Of a DNA stretch of 64,000 nucleotides, positions 22,078-32,130 are shown piece by piece. The stretch lies in contig CAYIWY010000001.1 of the NCBI GenBank assembly GCA_964367355.1, positions 100,340 through 164,339 of the forward strand, given 5' to 3'. Within the stretch, counting starts at the first letter, position 1, and each line of letters starts with the position of its first letter. The position numbers and the translations under genes were made by a program. Under the pieces are notes generated by a model, which saw nothing but the letters and a program-made list of their open reading frames with translations, was not told the DNA's origin and ran no database searches. This stretch comes from an uncultured Gammaproteobacteria bacterium. Lineage in GTDB: Bacteria > Patescibacteriota > Microgenomatia > Woykebacterales > RBG-16-39-9b.

Positions 22078-23206
22078 AAACCTTTGGTTCAAAATACCCA
22101 AGGAAATAAGAGTAGTTTTACTAATATTTTTACTTTGGAAAATAATTCTGACCTTATTTGCTTACATTGCTGCAACCAAGTTGCCAACTTCTTTGCCAAA
22201 CATTTCCCATCCACAAAGTGAAATAGATCATCTTCTCTCCATTTGGTTCTACTGGGATGCTAAATGGTACTATTCGATTTCGACAGTCGGTTACTCCCCA
22301 AACAAGGACTTAGTCGTTTTCTTTCCCCTTCTTCCTTTTATCACCAGGTTTTTTGCAAATTTAATTAATTTCAATATTGCTTTGGTCGGACTAGTTTTAA
22401 ATAGTATTTTCAATCTCGTTGCAGTTATATTTATCTATAAATTAGCTAGGCTAGATTTTGATAAAAAGACTTCTTTGCGAGCTTTAATATATTTTCTGAT
22501 TTTTCCAACGGCAATCTTTCTCTTAGCATTTTATACTGAATCCTTGTTCCTAGCTCTTTCAATCCCAAGTTTGTACTACGCTAGAAAAGGAAATTTTGTC
22601 AAAGCTGCGATTTTTGCTATGTTTGCCTCAGCAACACGAATGCAAGGGATAGTCCTATTTTTACCTTTACTAACCGAGTACCTGGAGCAAAGGAAATTCA
22701 AATGGAAAAAAATAAAACTGGATGTTTTATGGTTTGGTTTGGTGCCAGTCGGACTTTTTTCTTATATGGCGTATTTAAAAGCGAACTTTGGTAACCCGAT
22801 CTTATTTTTAGAATATCAAAAAAATTGGGACAGAGTTTTTTTTGTAAGTAAACTTTTGCGTCCGGGGTTTTTGCTTCCTCTTTTCCAAAACCCAATCCCA
22901 GTATTATTTAAGTTTTTCTTAGCCCCAACAGTTCTAGTCACTATATTTTTTACTGGTCTTGGGGTTAAAGCTCTCTCGATTAGAAAATCCTACGGAGTTT
23001 ATGTACTTGTTAGCATCCTATTTTTTATTTCTTCCGGAACCTTTGATAGCGCGATTCGGTATTGTCTAGTTTTAGTTCCGGGTTTTTTTGTTCTGGCAAA
23101 ATTGGGTGAAGACAATCCTTTGGTGGAAAATCTAGTAATAGTAGTTTTTACTTTGTTTCTAGCACTATTTACTGGTTCCTACGTTAATGGTTATTGGGCG
23201 AATTAG
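21998..23206 (+). CDS. GT-C fold mannosyltransferase (PIG-V-like) membrane protein; start uncertain, overlaps rpsI
   Basis: WDAKWY, FFPLLP, YTESLFL, multiple TM helices. Confidence 0.8.
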   Translation: MTREQRKEENMDLLVKHGQKSNLQSVKNLWFKIPKEIRVVLLIFLLWKIILTLFAYIAATKLPTSLPNISHPQSEIDHLLSIWFYWDAKWYYSISTVGYSPNKDLVVFFPLLPFITRFFANLINFNIALVGLVLNSIFNLVAVIFIYKLARLDFDKKTSLRALIYFLIFPTAIFLLAFYTESLFLALSIPSLYYARKGNFVKAAIFAMFASATRMQGIVLFLPLLTEYLEQRKFKWKKIKLDVLWFGLVPVGLFSYMAYLKANFGNPILFLEYQKNWDRVFFVSKLLRPGFLLPLFQNPIPVLFKFFLAPTVLVTIFFTGLGVKALSIRKSYGVYVLVSILFFISSGTFDSAIRYCLVLVPGFFVLAKLGEDNPLVENLVIVVFTLFLALFTGSYVNGYWAN

Positions 23207-23406
23207 TATCTGTTTTTAAATATTGCCTGGTAGAAAAATAAACCACCAAGGAAAAGCGGTAATATTGCAAGGGTTCTGAAAAAATTTTTCCAAAACGGTA
23301 TCAATACAAGAAGACCAGTTATTATTAGTAAAATAATTGCCCAAACTAATGGACTCATTCGGCTGAGTTGGACTAAGGGGCTGTTGAATCTATTACCTTC
23401 GTACAT
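23203..23406 (-). CDS. Small hypothetical membrane protein
   Basis: 67 aa, two hydrophobic segments. Confidence 0.55.
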   Translation of the reverse strand: MYEGNRFNSPLVQLSRMSPLVWAIILLIITGLLVLIPFWKNFFRTLAILPLFLGGLFFYQAIFKNRY

Positions 23407-23408
23407 TT

Positions 23409-23828
23409 TTATTCAAAAGACTTTAATTTTAAATAGATTCGATAGAGTAAAAAGAAAACCAAGATGAAAATAGCTGTCCCGATATAACCGTTATTTATGA
23501 AATAGTAAAGAGCAAAGGGTATTGAGAGCAACGCAAGTAATAGGTAAGCTTGGGGATTGTCCGGGCTGTAACTTTCGGAACTGTGATTCCTTTTGCCAAA
23601 TTTTGGTTTTTCACCGGTGATTAAAGCAGTTAACATCGTGATTGTAATCATTAAACAAATAAACGGGAAGGCAAGCAGTAGTGTATCGCTAACAGAATGA
23701 GAATTGGAGTTTGAAAGAAACATTATATAAATAATTGAGAGAAACATGGTTAAGATTACGCTGTAACCTTGCCAAGTCAGAGGATACCAACCCCAGAAGG
23801 GGCTTACACCAAACCAAGGTTTTTTCAT
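23409..23828 (-). CDS. Hypothetical membrane protein
   Basis: WF...GWYPLTWQG N-terminal motif, about four TM segments. Confidence 0.7.
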   Translation of the reverse strand: MKKPWFGVSPFWGWYPLTWQGYSVILTMFLSIIYIMFLSNSNSHSVSDTLLLAFPFICLMITITMLTALITGEKPKFGKRNHSSESYSPDNPQAYLLLALLSIPFALYYFINNGYIGTAIFILVFFLLYRIYLKLKSFE

Positions 23829-23848
23829 AAATTCATTATAACTTAAGT

Positions 23849-24826
23849 TTATTGCACAGATAAGATGTTCTCAGTTGTCGTGTTGAGAATTCTAGTTAAG
23901 GCTTCTCTCGAGTTGAAAGCATTGTGGGGAGTAATAATGACATTTTCCATATCGATTAGAACGTGATTTTCAATTATAGTCCGAAGATCTTTATCGTCGA
24001 GTTCTCTTTCTAAAATAAGTTGTTTTGCATTTTTTAAAGCAGTTTCTTCCTCGAGAACATCAAGGGCAACTCCGCCAAGTGTGCCATCTGCCAAAGCCTT
24101 AACTATAGCCTCGGTTTCAACAATTGATCCACGAGCCGTATTGATAAGTATCGCCCCCTTTTTAAAAAAGCCAATATTGTCATTATTAATTAGGTGATGA
24201 GTTGTTGGCAGATAAGGAACATGTAGGGTAACAATATCAGAAGTCCTCAAGAGTGTTTCCAGATTAACATATTGGAAATTTAATTTAGTTGAGAGCTCAT
24301 TATTCGGAAAAGCATCAAAAGCAATTACCTTCATTTCAAAACCACTGGCAATTTTGATAACATGTTGTCCAATATGACCAGTTCCGACTACCCCAAGAGT
24401 TTTTCCCAATAAATCAAAACCCTCAATTCCTTCCGAGGAAAAGCTACCCTTTTCTTTAACCTTATCGATCGCTTTAGAGATTTTGCGGGAAAGGTTCAAA
24501 AGTAGGGCGAAGGTATACTCTGCAACTGTATTTTCCCCATAAGTTGGAACGTTTTTAACGGAGATGTTTCTAGCTTTTGTTGCTTTTGGGTCAATATGGT
24601 CAATACCGGTTGTTCGAGTGGCAATTAGTTTGAGGTTTGGTAAGGCAGCTATTACACTGTTGTCAATCTTTGAGTCTGTAAAAATCGAGACAATATCAAA
24701 GTCACGTTCGTTCGGGAGGTTGTTTTTGTCTATGAATCCGGGATTAAAGACAAGTTGATGGCTTGGTAATTTTGCTTTTAAATATTCTACTTCCCAATTT
24801 TTTGTTTCAAAAAAGCCAATCTTCAT
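23849..24826 (-). CDS. D-isomer-specific 2-hydroxyacid dehydrogenase (D-lactate dehydrogenase-like)
   Basis: GVVGTGHIG, INTARG, LDVLEEE, TPHNAF. Confidence 0.92.
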   Translation of the reverse strand: MKIGFFETKNWEVEYLKAKLPSHQLVFNPGFIDKNNLPNERDFDIVSIFTDSKIDNSVIAALPNLKLIATRTTGIDHIDPKATKARNISVKNVPTYGENTVAEYTFALLLNLSRKISKAIDKVKEKGSFSSEGIEGFDLLGKTLGVVGTGHIGQHVIKIASGFEMKVIAFDAFPNNELSTKLNFQYVNLETLLRTSDIVTLHVPYLPTTHHLINNDNIGFFKKGAILINTARGSIVETEAIVKALADGTLGGVALDVLEEETALKNAKQLILERELDDKDLRTIIENHVLIDMENVIITPHNAFNSREALTRILNTTTENILSVQ

Positions 24827-24830
24827 AGTC

Positions 24831-26054
24831 TTATTGTAACGACTTTTCTATCTCAATTAAACGAGTATATTTAACTAAACGCTGACTTTGCAAAGGCGAT
24901 CCAGCTTTTAAACCATCAGCACCGACTCCAAAAGCAAGATCAGCAATAAAAGAGTCGTTAGTTTCACCGCTGCGGTGGCTGACAATTGTTTTCCAACCGT
25001 AACTCTTTACTAATTTTACCGCATCTAAAGTTTCACTGACAGTTCCAATTTGGTTGGGTTTAATCAGAACCGCGTTGATGCAATCCTGCTCTTTTGCTTG
25101 TCTTATCCGTTTCACGTTGGTGACAGTTAAATCATCGCCAACCAACCAAACTTTATTTCCGATTTTACTATTCAAATTTGCCCAATCACCCCAAGACTCT
25201 TGATTAAAAGGATCCTCGATTGATAGAAGAGGGTATTTTTCCGAAAGAGCCTGATAAATGTTGGTTAACTCATCGATGTTCCAAGAGTGTTCCACCTGTC
25301 CGTTATTCCAAAAATAATCTTTTTGTTCTTTTCTCCAAAGAGATGAGGCGGCGGCATCCAAACCAAAGTAAAAACCATCTTTAATAACAATTTCTTTATT
25401 TAATATATCTTGAAAAGATTGGAAACCAATTTCCGGATTTTCCCCGGTGATGATGAAACCACCTTCATCACCATAATTTATAGTAAGACCTTTTTTTACC
25501 AAGTTTTCTTGCAAAATTTTAATGAAACTAAAAACTTTTTCTAAAGATGATTTTGGCGAGTTTTCCTTCGGAATCAAGAGATACTCCTGAAACGGTAGCG
25601 GAAAAAGAGATTTTGGAACATGAAGACCACCGTTGATTAAATTAAAAAAAAGAAGTGGAAATTTTCCTGGTGCGGTTTCAGCCAGCTGCGAAATGGTTGT
25701 ATAAACTTCTTGATGGTTAATTAGAGAATATAGACGGCAAAAAGCAATACTTAAAGACAGCATAACATTTACGCCCAGGGTCGCCTTATTTTCGGTCTGG
25801 TCAAGCTTAAGCAAAAAATTATCAAAGTCATTTTGATCGCTGTAACCCTTAGCTAAAATCTTGGGCATGATGTCGGAAATAATTTGTTTCGATTTTTCAA
25901 CAGTGTGACAAAAAGCTTCGTTTTCGCCTTTACTTTTTCCGCAGGGGACACTGGCTTTAGTCTCAAAATCCCCGGAAGAAAGAGCTGCCTCGATTGTTTT
26001 TTCACCACGAGAATCGGTGATAATAGCTGCATTAATGGAGTCAATTTTGATCAT
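24831..26054 (-). CDS. eno: Enolase
   Basis: GDEGG, IEDP, VGDDLTVTN, KPNQIG, SHRSGET. Confidence 0.96.
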   Translation of the reverse strand: MIKIDSINAAIITDSRGEKTIEAALSSGDFETKASVPCGKSKGENEAFCHTVEKSKQIISDIMPKILAKGYSDQNDFDNFLLKLDQTENKATLGVNVMLSLSIAFCRLYSLINHQEVYTTISQLAETAPGKFPLLFFNLINGGLHVPKSLFPLPFQEYLLIPKENSPKSSLEKVFSFIKILQENLVKKGLTINYGDEGGFIITGENPEIGFQSFQDILNKEIVIKDGFYFGLDAAASSLWRKEQKDYFWNNGQVEHSWNIDELTNIYQALSEKYPLLSIEDPFNQESWGDWANLNSKIGNKVWLVGDDLTVTNVKRIRQAKEQDCINAVLIKPNQIGTVSETLDAVKLVKSYGWKTIVSHRSGETNDSFIADLAFGVGADGLKAGSPLQSQRLVKYTRLIEIEKSLQ

Positions 26055-28429
26055 TTACCTAAAGTTTTTTCGGTTTTTAGAATTGCTAGGGTTGTTTTCA
26101 AGACTGTATCGGGATTGAGGGAAATACTGCTAATACCTTTTTCAACCAAAAACTGGGCGAAGTCTTCATAATCACTTGGTGCTTGTCCACAAATACCAAT
26201 GTATTTTTGGTGCTTTTTAGCAACTTCGATAACTTGGCTAATTAAAGTTTTGACCGATTCATTACGTTCGTTGGCGATGTGAGAAAGCCCTGCATTGTCC
26301 CGGTCAATTCCTAAAGTTAGTTGAGTTAGGTCGTTGGAACCAATGCTGAAACCATCGAAAAGTTTGATAAACTCTTCAGCTTGAATGACATTGCTGGGAA
26401 TCTCGACCATCATGTAGATTTTCAAACCAGCCTGACCTTTTTCAAGGCCGTATTTTGCCATTGTTTCTAGGACCTGCTCACCTTCTTGTGGTGTTCGACA
26501 AAAAGGAACCATTACAATAACGTTTTCCAGACCCCAAGTTTCGCGGACTATTTTTATTGCAGCACATTCCAATCCAAATGCTTCTGAAAAACGAGTATCG
26601 TAGTAACGTGACGAGCCGCGCCAGCCGATCATTGGATTTTCTTCCTTCGGTTCGAAAGCTTTGCCGCCAAGAAGGGTGGCATATTCGTTGGTTTTAAAAT
26701 CGCTAAAACGGACAATAACTGGATTGGGATAGAAAGCCGTTCCAATTTGCGCAATTCCTGAAGCCAATTTTTGGGTGTAAAAATCTATTTTGTCTTTGTA
26801 ACCTTTGGTCAGTTTATCAATTTTATTTTTGAGTACATCGTCATCTAGTTTTTCGAAATTAATCAAAGCTTGGGGGTGAATTTTAATATGGGAAGCGATA
26901 ATAAATTCTTCGCGGGCGAGACCAACCCCATCGTTTGGTAGAAAAGAAGCTTCATAGGCTTCGTTGGGACTGCCAATATTAACCATAATATGAGTTTTGG
27001 GTTTTTCCAAATGTTGCAGCGGATAAGTTTCTATTTCCCAGTCAGTTTTTCCTTTCCAGACAAAACCGTCAGTGCCACTGGAGCAATCAACTGTTACGAA
27101 CTCTCCGTTGGAAATTTTTTCAGTGGCGTTTCCAGTGCCAACTATTGCCGGTATTCCCAGTTCTCTTGAGACAATCGCGGCGTGTGAAGTCCGTCCACCC
27201 TCATCAGTGACGATCGCAGCGGCGATCTTCATAATTGGTTCCCAATCCGGATCGGTCATTCTGGTGACCAGTACCTCGCCTTCCTGAAAAGTTTTGATTC
27301 CACTTGGGTCGTCGATTATCCTGGCTTTTCCCTCACCAATCTTTGTGCCGACAGCCGCACCTTTAGTAATCAACTCGGTAGTCTTTTTCATTTTGTAGTG
27401 CTTAATTTCTTTTACCTTTTTAGTCCCGTGAATTGTTTCCGGTCGTGCTTGAACAATGAAAAGTTTGCTAGATACACCGTCCTTGGCCCATTCAATATCC
27501 ATTGGTTTTTGGTAATGCTCTTCAATAATTACCCCCCATTTTGCCAAAGTTAATATTTCTTCATTAGTTAGAGTAAAGCTGTTTTGTTTTACTATTGTGG
27601 TTGACATTAATTTAGTTGCTTTGCTACCTTCGCCGTAAATTAAAGTTTTTTCTTTGCTACCCAGTACTTTTGAAATAATTGCCGGATAACCTTTTTTCAA
27701 ACCAACTTTAAAAATTTGGAATTCATCTGGAGTAATCTCGCCTTGGACAATCAGTTCACCCAACCCCCAAGTACTAGTTAAAACAACAACACCTTCGAAG
27801 CCAGTGTTGGGGTCCAGTGTAAACATGACACCGGAACTAGCTTTGTCAGAGCGGACCATTTTCTGTATTCCAACAGAGAGGTAAGTTTTTAAATGGTCAA
27901 AGCCTTGATCTTCACGATAAGAAATTGCACGATCAGTGAAAAGAGAAGCAAAACATTCCTTGACAGCTTTAAGTAAGTTCTCCTTCCCAACAATATTTAA
28001 GAATGAAGCTTGTTGTCCAGCAAAACTTGCTCCCGGCAAATCTTCGGCTGTGGCAGAAGATCGCACTGCAACATCAGTATTATCTGAGTCAAATTGCTTT
28101 GAAAGTGTTTGGTAAGATTCAAAAATTTCCGCTCCCATATCCTCTGGGATTTCTGCCGATCGGATTAGTTGTCTGATTTTTTGGCCGTGGTCTTGGAGAT
28201 TGGTAAGATCTTTGGTGGCTAAAGTTTTGAGGACGTCTCGTATTTTAGATTCCAAGCCGTTTACCTCCAAGAATTTCTGGTAGGCTTGGGCGGTGAGGGC
28301 GAAGCCATTGGGAATACTGACCCCTTCCCTAACTAAATTCGAATACATTTCTCCCAGAGAAGCGTTTTTCCCGCCAACTTTTGGGACATCAGCAATTGCG
28401 AGGTCTTTAAACCAAATAATGTTTGACAT
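26051..28429 (-). CDS. ppsA: Phosphoenolpyruvate synthase
   Basis: GGKNASLGEM, RSSATAEDL, TSHAAIVSRE, SIGSNDLTQ. Confidence 0.98.
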   Translation of the reverse strand: MSNIIWFKDLAIADVPKVGGKNASLGEMYSNLVREGVSIPNGFALTAQAYQKFLEVNGLESKIRDVLKTLATKDLTNLQDHGQKIRQLIRSAEIPEDMGAEIFESYQTLSKQFDSDNTDVAVRSSATAEDLPGASFAGQQASFLNIVGKENLLKAVKECFASLFTDRAISYREDQGFDHLKTYLSVGIQKMVRSDKASSGVMFTLDPNTGFEGVVVLTSTWGLGELIVQGEITPDEFQIFKVGLKKGYPAIISKVLGSKEKTLIYGEGSKATKLMSTTIVKQNSFTLTNEEILTLAKWGVIIEEHYQKPMDIEWAKDGVSSKLFIVQARPETIHGTKKVKEIKHYKMKKTTELITKGAAVGTKIGEGKARIIDDPSGIKTFQEGEVLVTRMTDPDWEPIMKIAAAIVTDEGGRTSHAAIVSRELGIPAIVGTGNATEKISNGEFVTVDCSSGTDGFVWKGKTDWEIETYPLQHLEKPKTHIMVNIGSPNEAYEASFLPNDGVGLAREEFIIASHIKIHPQALINFEKLDDDVLKNKIDKLTKGYKDKIDFYTQKLASGIAQIGTAFYPNPVIVRFSDFKTNEYATLLGGKAFEPKEENPMIGWRGSSRYYDTRFSEAFGLECAAIKIVRETWGLENVIVMVPFCRTPQEGEQVLETMAKYGLEKGQAGLKIYMMVEIPSNVIQAEEFIKLFDGFSIGSNDLTQLTLGIDRDNAGLSHIANERNESVKTLISQVIEVAKKHQKYIGICGQAPSDYEDFAQFLVEKGISSISLNPDTVLKTTLAILKTEKTLGK

Positions 28430-28483
28430 TTTGCGAAAAGTAAAGATTTCAACTATTATAGTATCAGATATACTTGACTTAAC

Positions 28484-29890
28484 CTAGACCTTATTTACCC
28501 AAACTAAATTGGTAGTTCCGCTACGACCGAAGGGTGCTCCAGCGCAAATTACAAAGGTTTCTTTTTTCTTAAGGGTTAAGAAGTTATTATTTTTAGCGAT
28601 TTTCCTAGCATCTAAAAGTAGACCATCAAAATCTCTTGTTGTTTTTATCAGTGAAGAATAAACTCCCCAAGTGAAATTTAAATTACGAATGGTCGCGGGT
28701 TCGGGAGAGCATGTAATTATCAACTGTTTTGGACGATGTCGGGAAATCAAACGAGCAGTATGACCACTTTGAGAAAAGACAATAATTAATTGCGAGTTGG
28801 TTCGATCGGCAATATCAACAGCAGAGGTACTGACAGCATCAGCAATAATATCGGAATCGGTAAAATCTTTTTTGGGAATTTTTGTTTCCGCTTCTTTGAT
28901 AATTTTTACCATCATTTTGACGGTTTCAACCGGGAACTTTCCGATTGCCGTTTCAGCTGAAAGCATAACCGCATCAGTTCCATCGAGAATTGCGTTGGCG
29001 ACATCAGTTACCTCAGCTCTGGTGGGGATATGACTATTGATCATTGATTCAAGCATTTGGGTGGCCGTGATTACAGGTTTGGATTTTCTTAAGCAAAGAT
29101 TAATTAAACTTTTTTGGATATGGGGAAGCTCGGCAAGTGGAACTGAAAATCCCAGGTCGCCGCGGGCGACCATCAGTCCATCAGAAACCTCCAAAATTTC
29201 TTCAGCTCTTTCCACTGCTTCTAAGGTTTCAATTTTGGCAATTAACATTAGCGGCTTTTTCGGTGGAAGAAGTTTTCTAACCTCCTCGATGTTTTTGCTG
29301 TTTTGAACAAACGAAACCGCGAGAGCATCGGCTCCCAGATCAGCCATCATTTTAATATCATTCTCGTCTTTTTCAGTTAGAGGAAAACGCATCGAAATAC
29401 CATGGGAGGAAAAACCCATCCGGTCGCGCAGTTCCCCGCCAACAATTATCTTGGTTACTACACCTTCAGGAATTTTTTCAATTACTTCAAGTTTTATCTC
29501 CCCGTCGCCGAGATAAATGTCATGTTTTTTTTCTAAATTTTTTATTATCGTCGGAAAATTAATTGAAATAGATTCAGCCGAGCCGTAAGTTTGTTTGGTT
29601 AAAATTTTGATTTTCTTACCCGCTTCGAGAGTTATTCCGGGGGCAACGGTGCCTATACGTATTTTTGGTCCAACCAAATCCCCCATTACAGCCAGTGGCT
29701 GACCAAGTATTTTTTCTGCTTGCCGAACCCTGTTTATTCGATCAAGAATCTCGTCCTTAACTGCATGGGAAAGGTTGATTCGAAAAACATTAACCCCAGA
29801 TCGTGCCAGCTCAAGAATCGTTTCACGAGAATCTGAAGCTGGACCAAGAGTTGCAATTATCCGCACGCGTTGGGTAGAAAGACTGGACAT
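28484..29890 (-). CDS. pyk: Pyruvate kinase
   Basis: IATLGPAS, MVARGDLG, ATQMLESM, DAVMLSAETA. Confidence 0.98.
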   Translation of the reverse strand: MSSLSTQRVRIIATLGPASDSRETILELARSGVNVFRINLSHAVKDEILDRINRVRQAEKILGQPLAVMGDLVGPKIRIGTVAPGITLEAGKKIKILTKQTYGSAESISINFPTIIKNLEKKHDIYLGDGEIKLEVIEKIPEGVVTKIIVGGELRDRMGFSSHGISMRFPLTEKDENDIKMMADLGADALAVSFVQNSKNIEEVRKLLPPKKPLMLIAKIETLEAVERAEEILEVSDGLMVARGDLGFSVPLAELPHIQKSLINLCLRKSKPVITATQMLESMINSHIPTRAEVTDVANAILDGTDAVMLSAETAIGKFPVETVKMMVKIIKEAETKIPKKDFTDSDIIADAVSTSAVDIADRTNSQLIIVFSQSGHTARLISRHRPKQLIITCSPEPATIRNLNFTWGVYSSLIKTTRDFDGLLLDARKIAKNNNFLTLKKKETFVICAGAPFGRSGTTNLVWVNKV

Positions 29891-29896
29891 AACGGT

Positions 29897-29918
29897 TTAT
29901 ATCGTTAAGAAACTCATA
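29897..29918 (-). promoter_or_regulatory. Shared 22-bp promoter motif TATGAGTTTCYYAACGATATAA (also at 33610-33631 and 54969-54990)
   Basis: Identical copy upstream of the AbrB antitoxin; 2-mismatch copy upstream of comM; always just 5' of an ATG. Confidence 0.7.
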
Positions 29919-29985
29919 GTTTTGCTAAACTATAGAATAGCAGAAATTTGGGTTGAATAACAGAGTAAGTGGTCAAAAATTAACT

Positions 29986-30891
29986 TCAATGGGCGATCTT
30001 TGACTTGTAAAAGAAATAACCAACAGTACCAAAGGTGATTACAGGAGAAAGCCAATGTGGGATATCAAATCCAAAACTATCTAAAATCATGATTATTCCT
30101 AGGAACAGTATTGAATACATAGCTCCGTTTTTCAGATACTTATAGCGTTTTATTCGCTCGATATTACTGACAGTTAATTTTCTTAAGACTAAGGCGCCTA
30201 GACCATTTCCAATTAGGATTAAAGGTACAAAAAAAGTAAATGCAAATGCTCCGATAACTCCGTCGATTGAAAAAGTGGAATCAAGCACTTCAAGATAAGC
30301 AATCTTGCTAATATCCGACATGTTTCTGCTGATCATTTTTTTCTCCTGTTCTTCAGCAAACTGTCTGAATCCGTGAATTATAAAAAAAGAAGTTGAACCA
30401 ACCACAGCGGCAAACCCTAACATAGTACTTTTTTGTAGTGCAAACCAAACAATTATAGTTAGTAAAATTGAGACAACAGCGAAGAACCAGGCCCCCTGTC
30501 TTTGAAAAAATCCTTCGCCCCTTAGGCCAAAGTTTTTTGGTTCTAAAAAGAGCCAGTTAAAAAATAAAAAGATAAGAAATACCCCGCCTCCAAGTAGTAA
30601 CAAAGGGGAAGACTGTTCGATCGCATCGACGATTTTTGGGTCGTTAGAGAAAGCAGCAGTAAGAACACCCATCGGTCCGATACTAGGGTTGGCAACCCAA
30701 ACGATCGCAAAAGGTAGTAAACCTCGAACAACAAAAACAGCGAAAAAGAACCCATAAAGCAGAAACCAACGACGGGCTTTTTGACTCATACCACCGAGAA
30801 CTTCGGCGTTGATGATTGCGTTATCAATGCTTGTAATAATCTCAAACAAAGACAGTCCGAGGACTGTCAATACTAAAAAGCCTATTTCCAT
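29986..30891 (-). CDS. DUF475 / TerC-like integral membrane protein
   Basis: EIITSIDNAIINA, LEVLDSTFSIDGVIGAFA, YLKNGAMYSI. Confidence 0.88.
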   Translation of the reverse strand: MEIGFLVLTVLGLSLFEIITSIDNAIINAEVLGGMSQKARRWFLLYGFFFAVFVVRGLLPFAIVWVANPSIGPMGVLTAAFSNDPKIVDAIEQSSPLLLLGGGVFLIFLFFNWLFLEPKNFGLRGEGFFQRQGAWFFAVVSILLTIIVWFALQKSTMLGFAAVVGSTSFFIIHGFRQFAEEQEKKMISRNMSDISKIAYLEVLDSTFSIDGVIGAFAFTFFVPLILIGNGLGALVLRKLTVSNIERIKRYKYLKNGAMYSILFLGIIMILDSFGFDIPHWLSPVITFGTVGYFFYKSKIAH

Positions 30892-31015
30892 TTCTGAATT
30901 TTAACACTAAATTACTAAAATTCCAGCAAGAAAAGTGCGGGTTCAACAACGAAGTTATACGATTTTCTTATTACTCTCAGGCTAATTTTAAAGTGATTCT
31001 GGAGTTTTTATGGTT

Positions 31016-31047
31016 AAAAAAGAGGCAACCTTTAGGTTGCCTCTTTT
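31016..31047 (-). terminator. Bidirectional intrinsic terminator
   Basis: aaaaagaggcaacct-tt-aggttgcctctttt. Confidence 0.8.
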
Positions 31048-31069
31048 CCGTAGCAAATTAGTATACTTC

Positions 31070-31540
31070 TTAGACTAAACTTCTAAGAAAATCTAATACT
31101 TTGCTCAACACTTGGATTACTTGATCTAAAGGACCACTTATCTTAATCGAGGCACTTGGAGTAGCTGAGTGAGTTGCCGAGACAGTTGCTCCTAGGTGAT
31201 TGTTACCCTTAATACTTATTTTAATTTTTAACTGTTGGCTAGAGTTTTCCCTAATTGCAGCTGTTGCTACGGAACGATGCTCTTTACCTTCTAATTTTTC
31301 TTCGTTTTTGTCATCACCTTCGTCTTGATCGTTTTCCTTATGTCCTTGGTTAGAAACACTTGATGTTCCGTGGTTGTCTTTGGCAACTTCGCTTACTTCT
31401 CCTCCATGATTTCCTTGGTTGTCTTTGGCAATTACTGAAACCCTAGACCCATGATTGTCATTATGATCACCGTTTGCTAAAGCAGACACTGGAGCAGCTA
31501 ATAATAAAAGGGTTGGGAGAACTAAAAGTAATTTCTTCAT
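31070..31540 (-). CDS. Secreted low-complexity hypothetical protein with NHG repeats
   Basis: Signal peptide; repeated NHG..VS..AKDN. Confidence 0.75.
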   Translation of the reverse strand: MKKLLLVLPTLLLLAAPVSALANGDHNDNHGSRVSVIAKDNQGNHGGEVSEVAKDNHGTSSVSNQGHKENDQDEGDDKNEEKLEGKEHRSVATAAIRENSSQQLKIKISIKGNNHLGATVSATHSATPSASIKISGPLDQVIQVLSKVLDFLRSLV

Positions 31541-31596
31541 TTTCTAAAAACTCCTTAAGGTTATTAAACAGGGGCTAAAATTGCCCTCTGCAAATG

Positions 31597-31625
31597 TATA
31601 ACGAAAAGCCAAGTAATCCGTTACA
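31597..31625 (-). promoter_or_regulatory. ECF sigma-type promoter TGTAAC-N16-CGTTA for the divergent secreted gene
   Basis: Minus strand tgtaac-ggattacttggctttt-cgttata, next to the ECF sigma gene. Confidence 0.6.
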
Positions 31626-31656
31626 TATTTTAGAGGGATGGTAGAATGAAGATTCT

Positions 31657-32130
31657 ATGGTTGAGGAGTTTACCGAAATTTACCTTAAATATTCCGATAA
31701 GATCTTCCGGTTCCTCTACTGGCACCTTAAAGATGTTCACAGAGCTGAGGATTTGACAAGTGAAGTATTTTTTAAAGCTTTCAAAAACTGGAAGAGATTC
31801 AAAGAAGGCTACCCCCAGGCTTGGCTCTTTCGGATTGCACGCAACTTATTGATTGATTTTTACCGCTCGAAGAAGACAAGTTCACTTGAGCAAGCTGAGG
31901 AGATAAGTGTTGACCTAGATTTGGTTGAAAGTCTAGAAAAGGATGAAGCAGCTCAAAGTTTGCAACAAGCTTTAACCAAACTACCAAAGAATTTACGAGA
32001 GGTAGTGATTTTAAGGTTTTTTGAAGACTTAAGCGCTGTTGAGATTGGTGCTATTCTTGGAATAAGTGAAGGCAATGTTCGAGTACTACAGTTTCGAGGG
32101 TTAAAAAAGTTAAAAGAGGAACTAACATGA
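31657..32130 (+). CDS. ECF-family RNA polymerase sigma factor
   Basis: AEDLTSEVFFKA, AWLFRIARN, region 4 HTH. Confidence 0.95.
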   Translation: MVEEFTEIYLKYSDKIFRFLYWHLKDVHRAEDLTSEVFFKAFKNWKRFKEGYPQAWLFRIARNLLIDFYRSKKTSSLEQAEEISVDLDLVESLEKDEAAQSLQQALTKLPKNLREVVILRFFEDLSAVEIGAILGISEGNVRVLQFRGLKKLKEELT

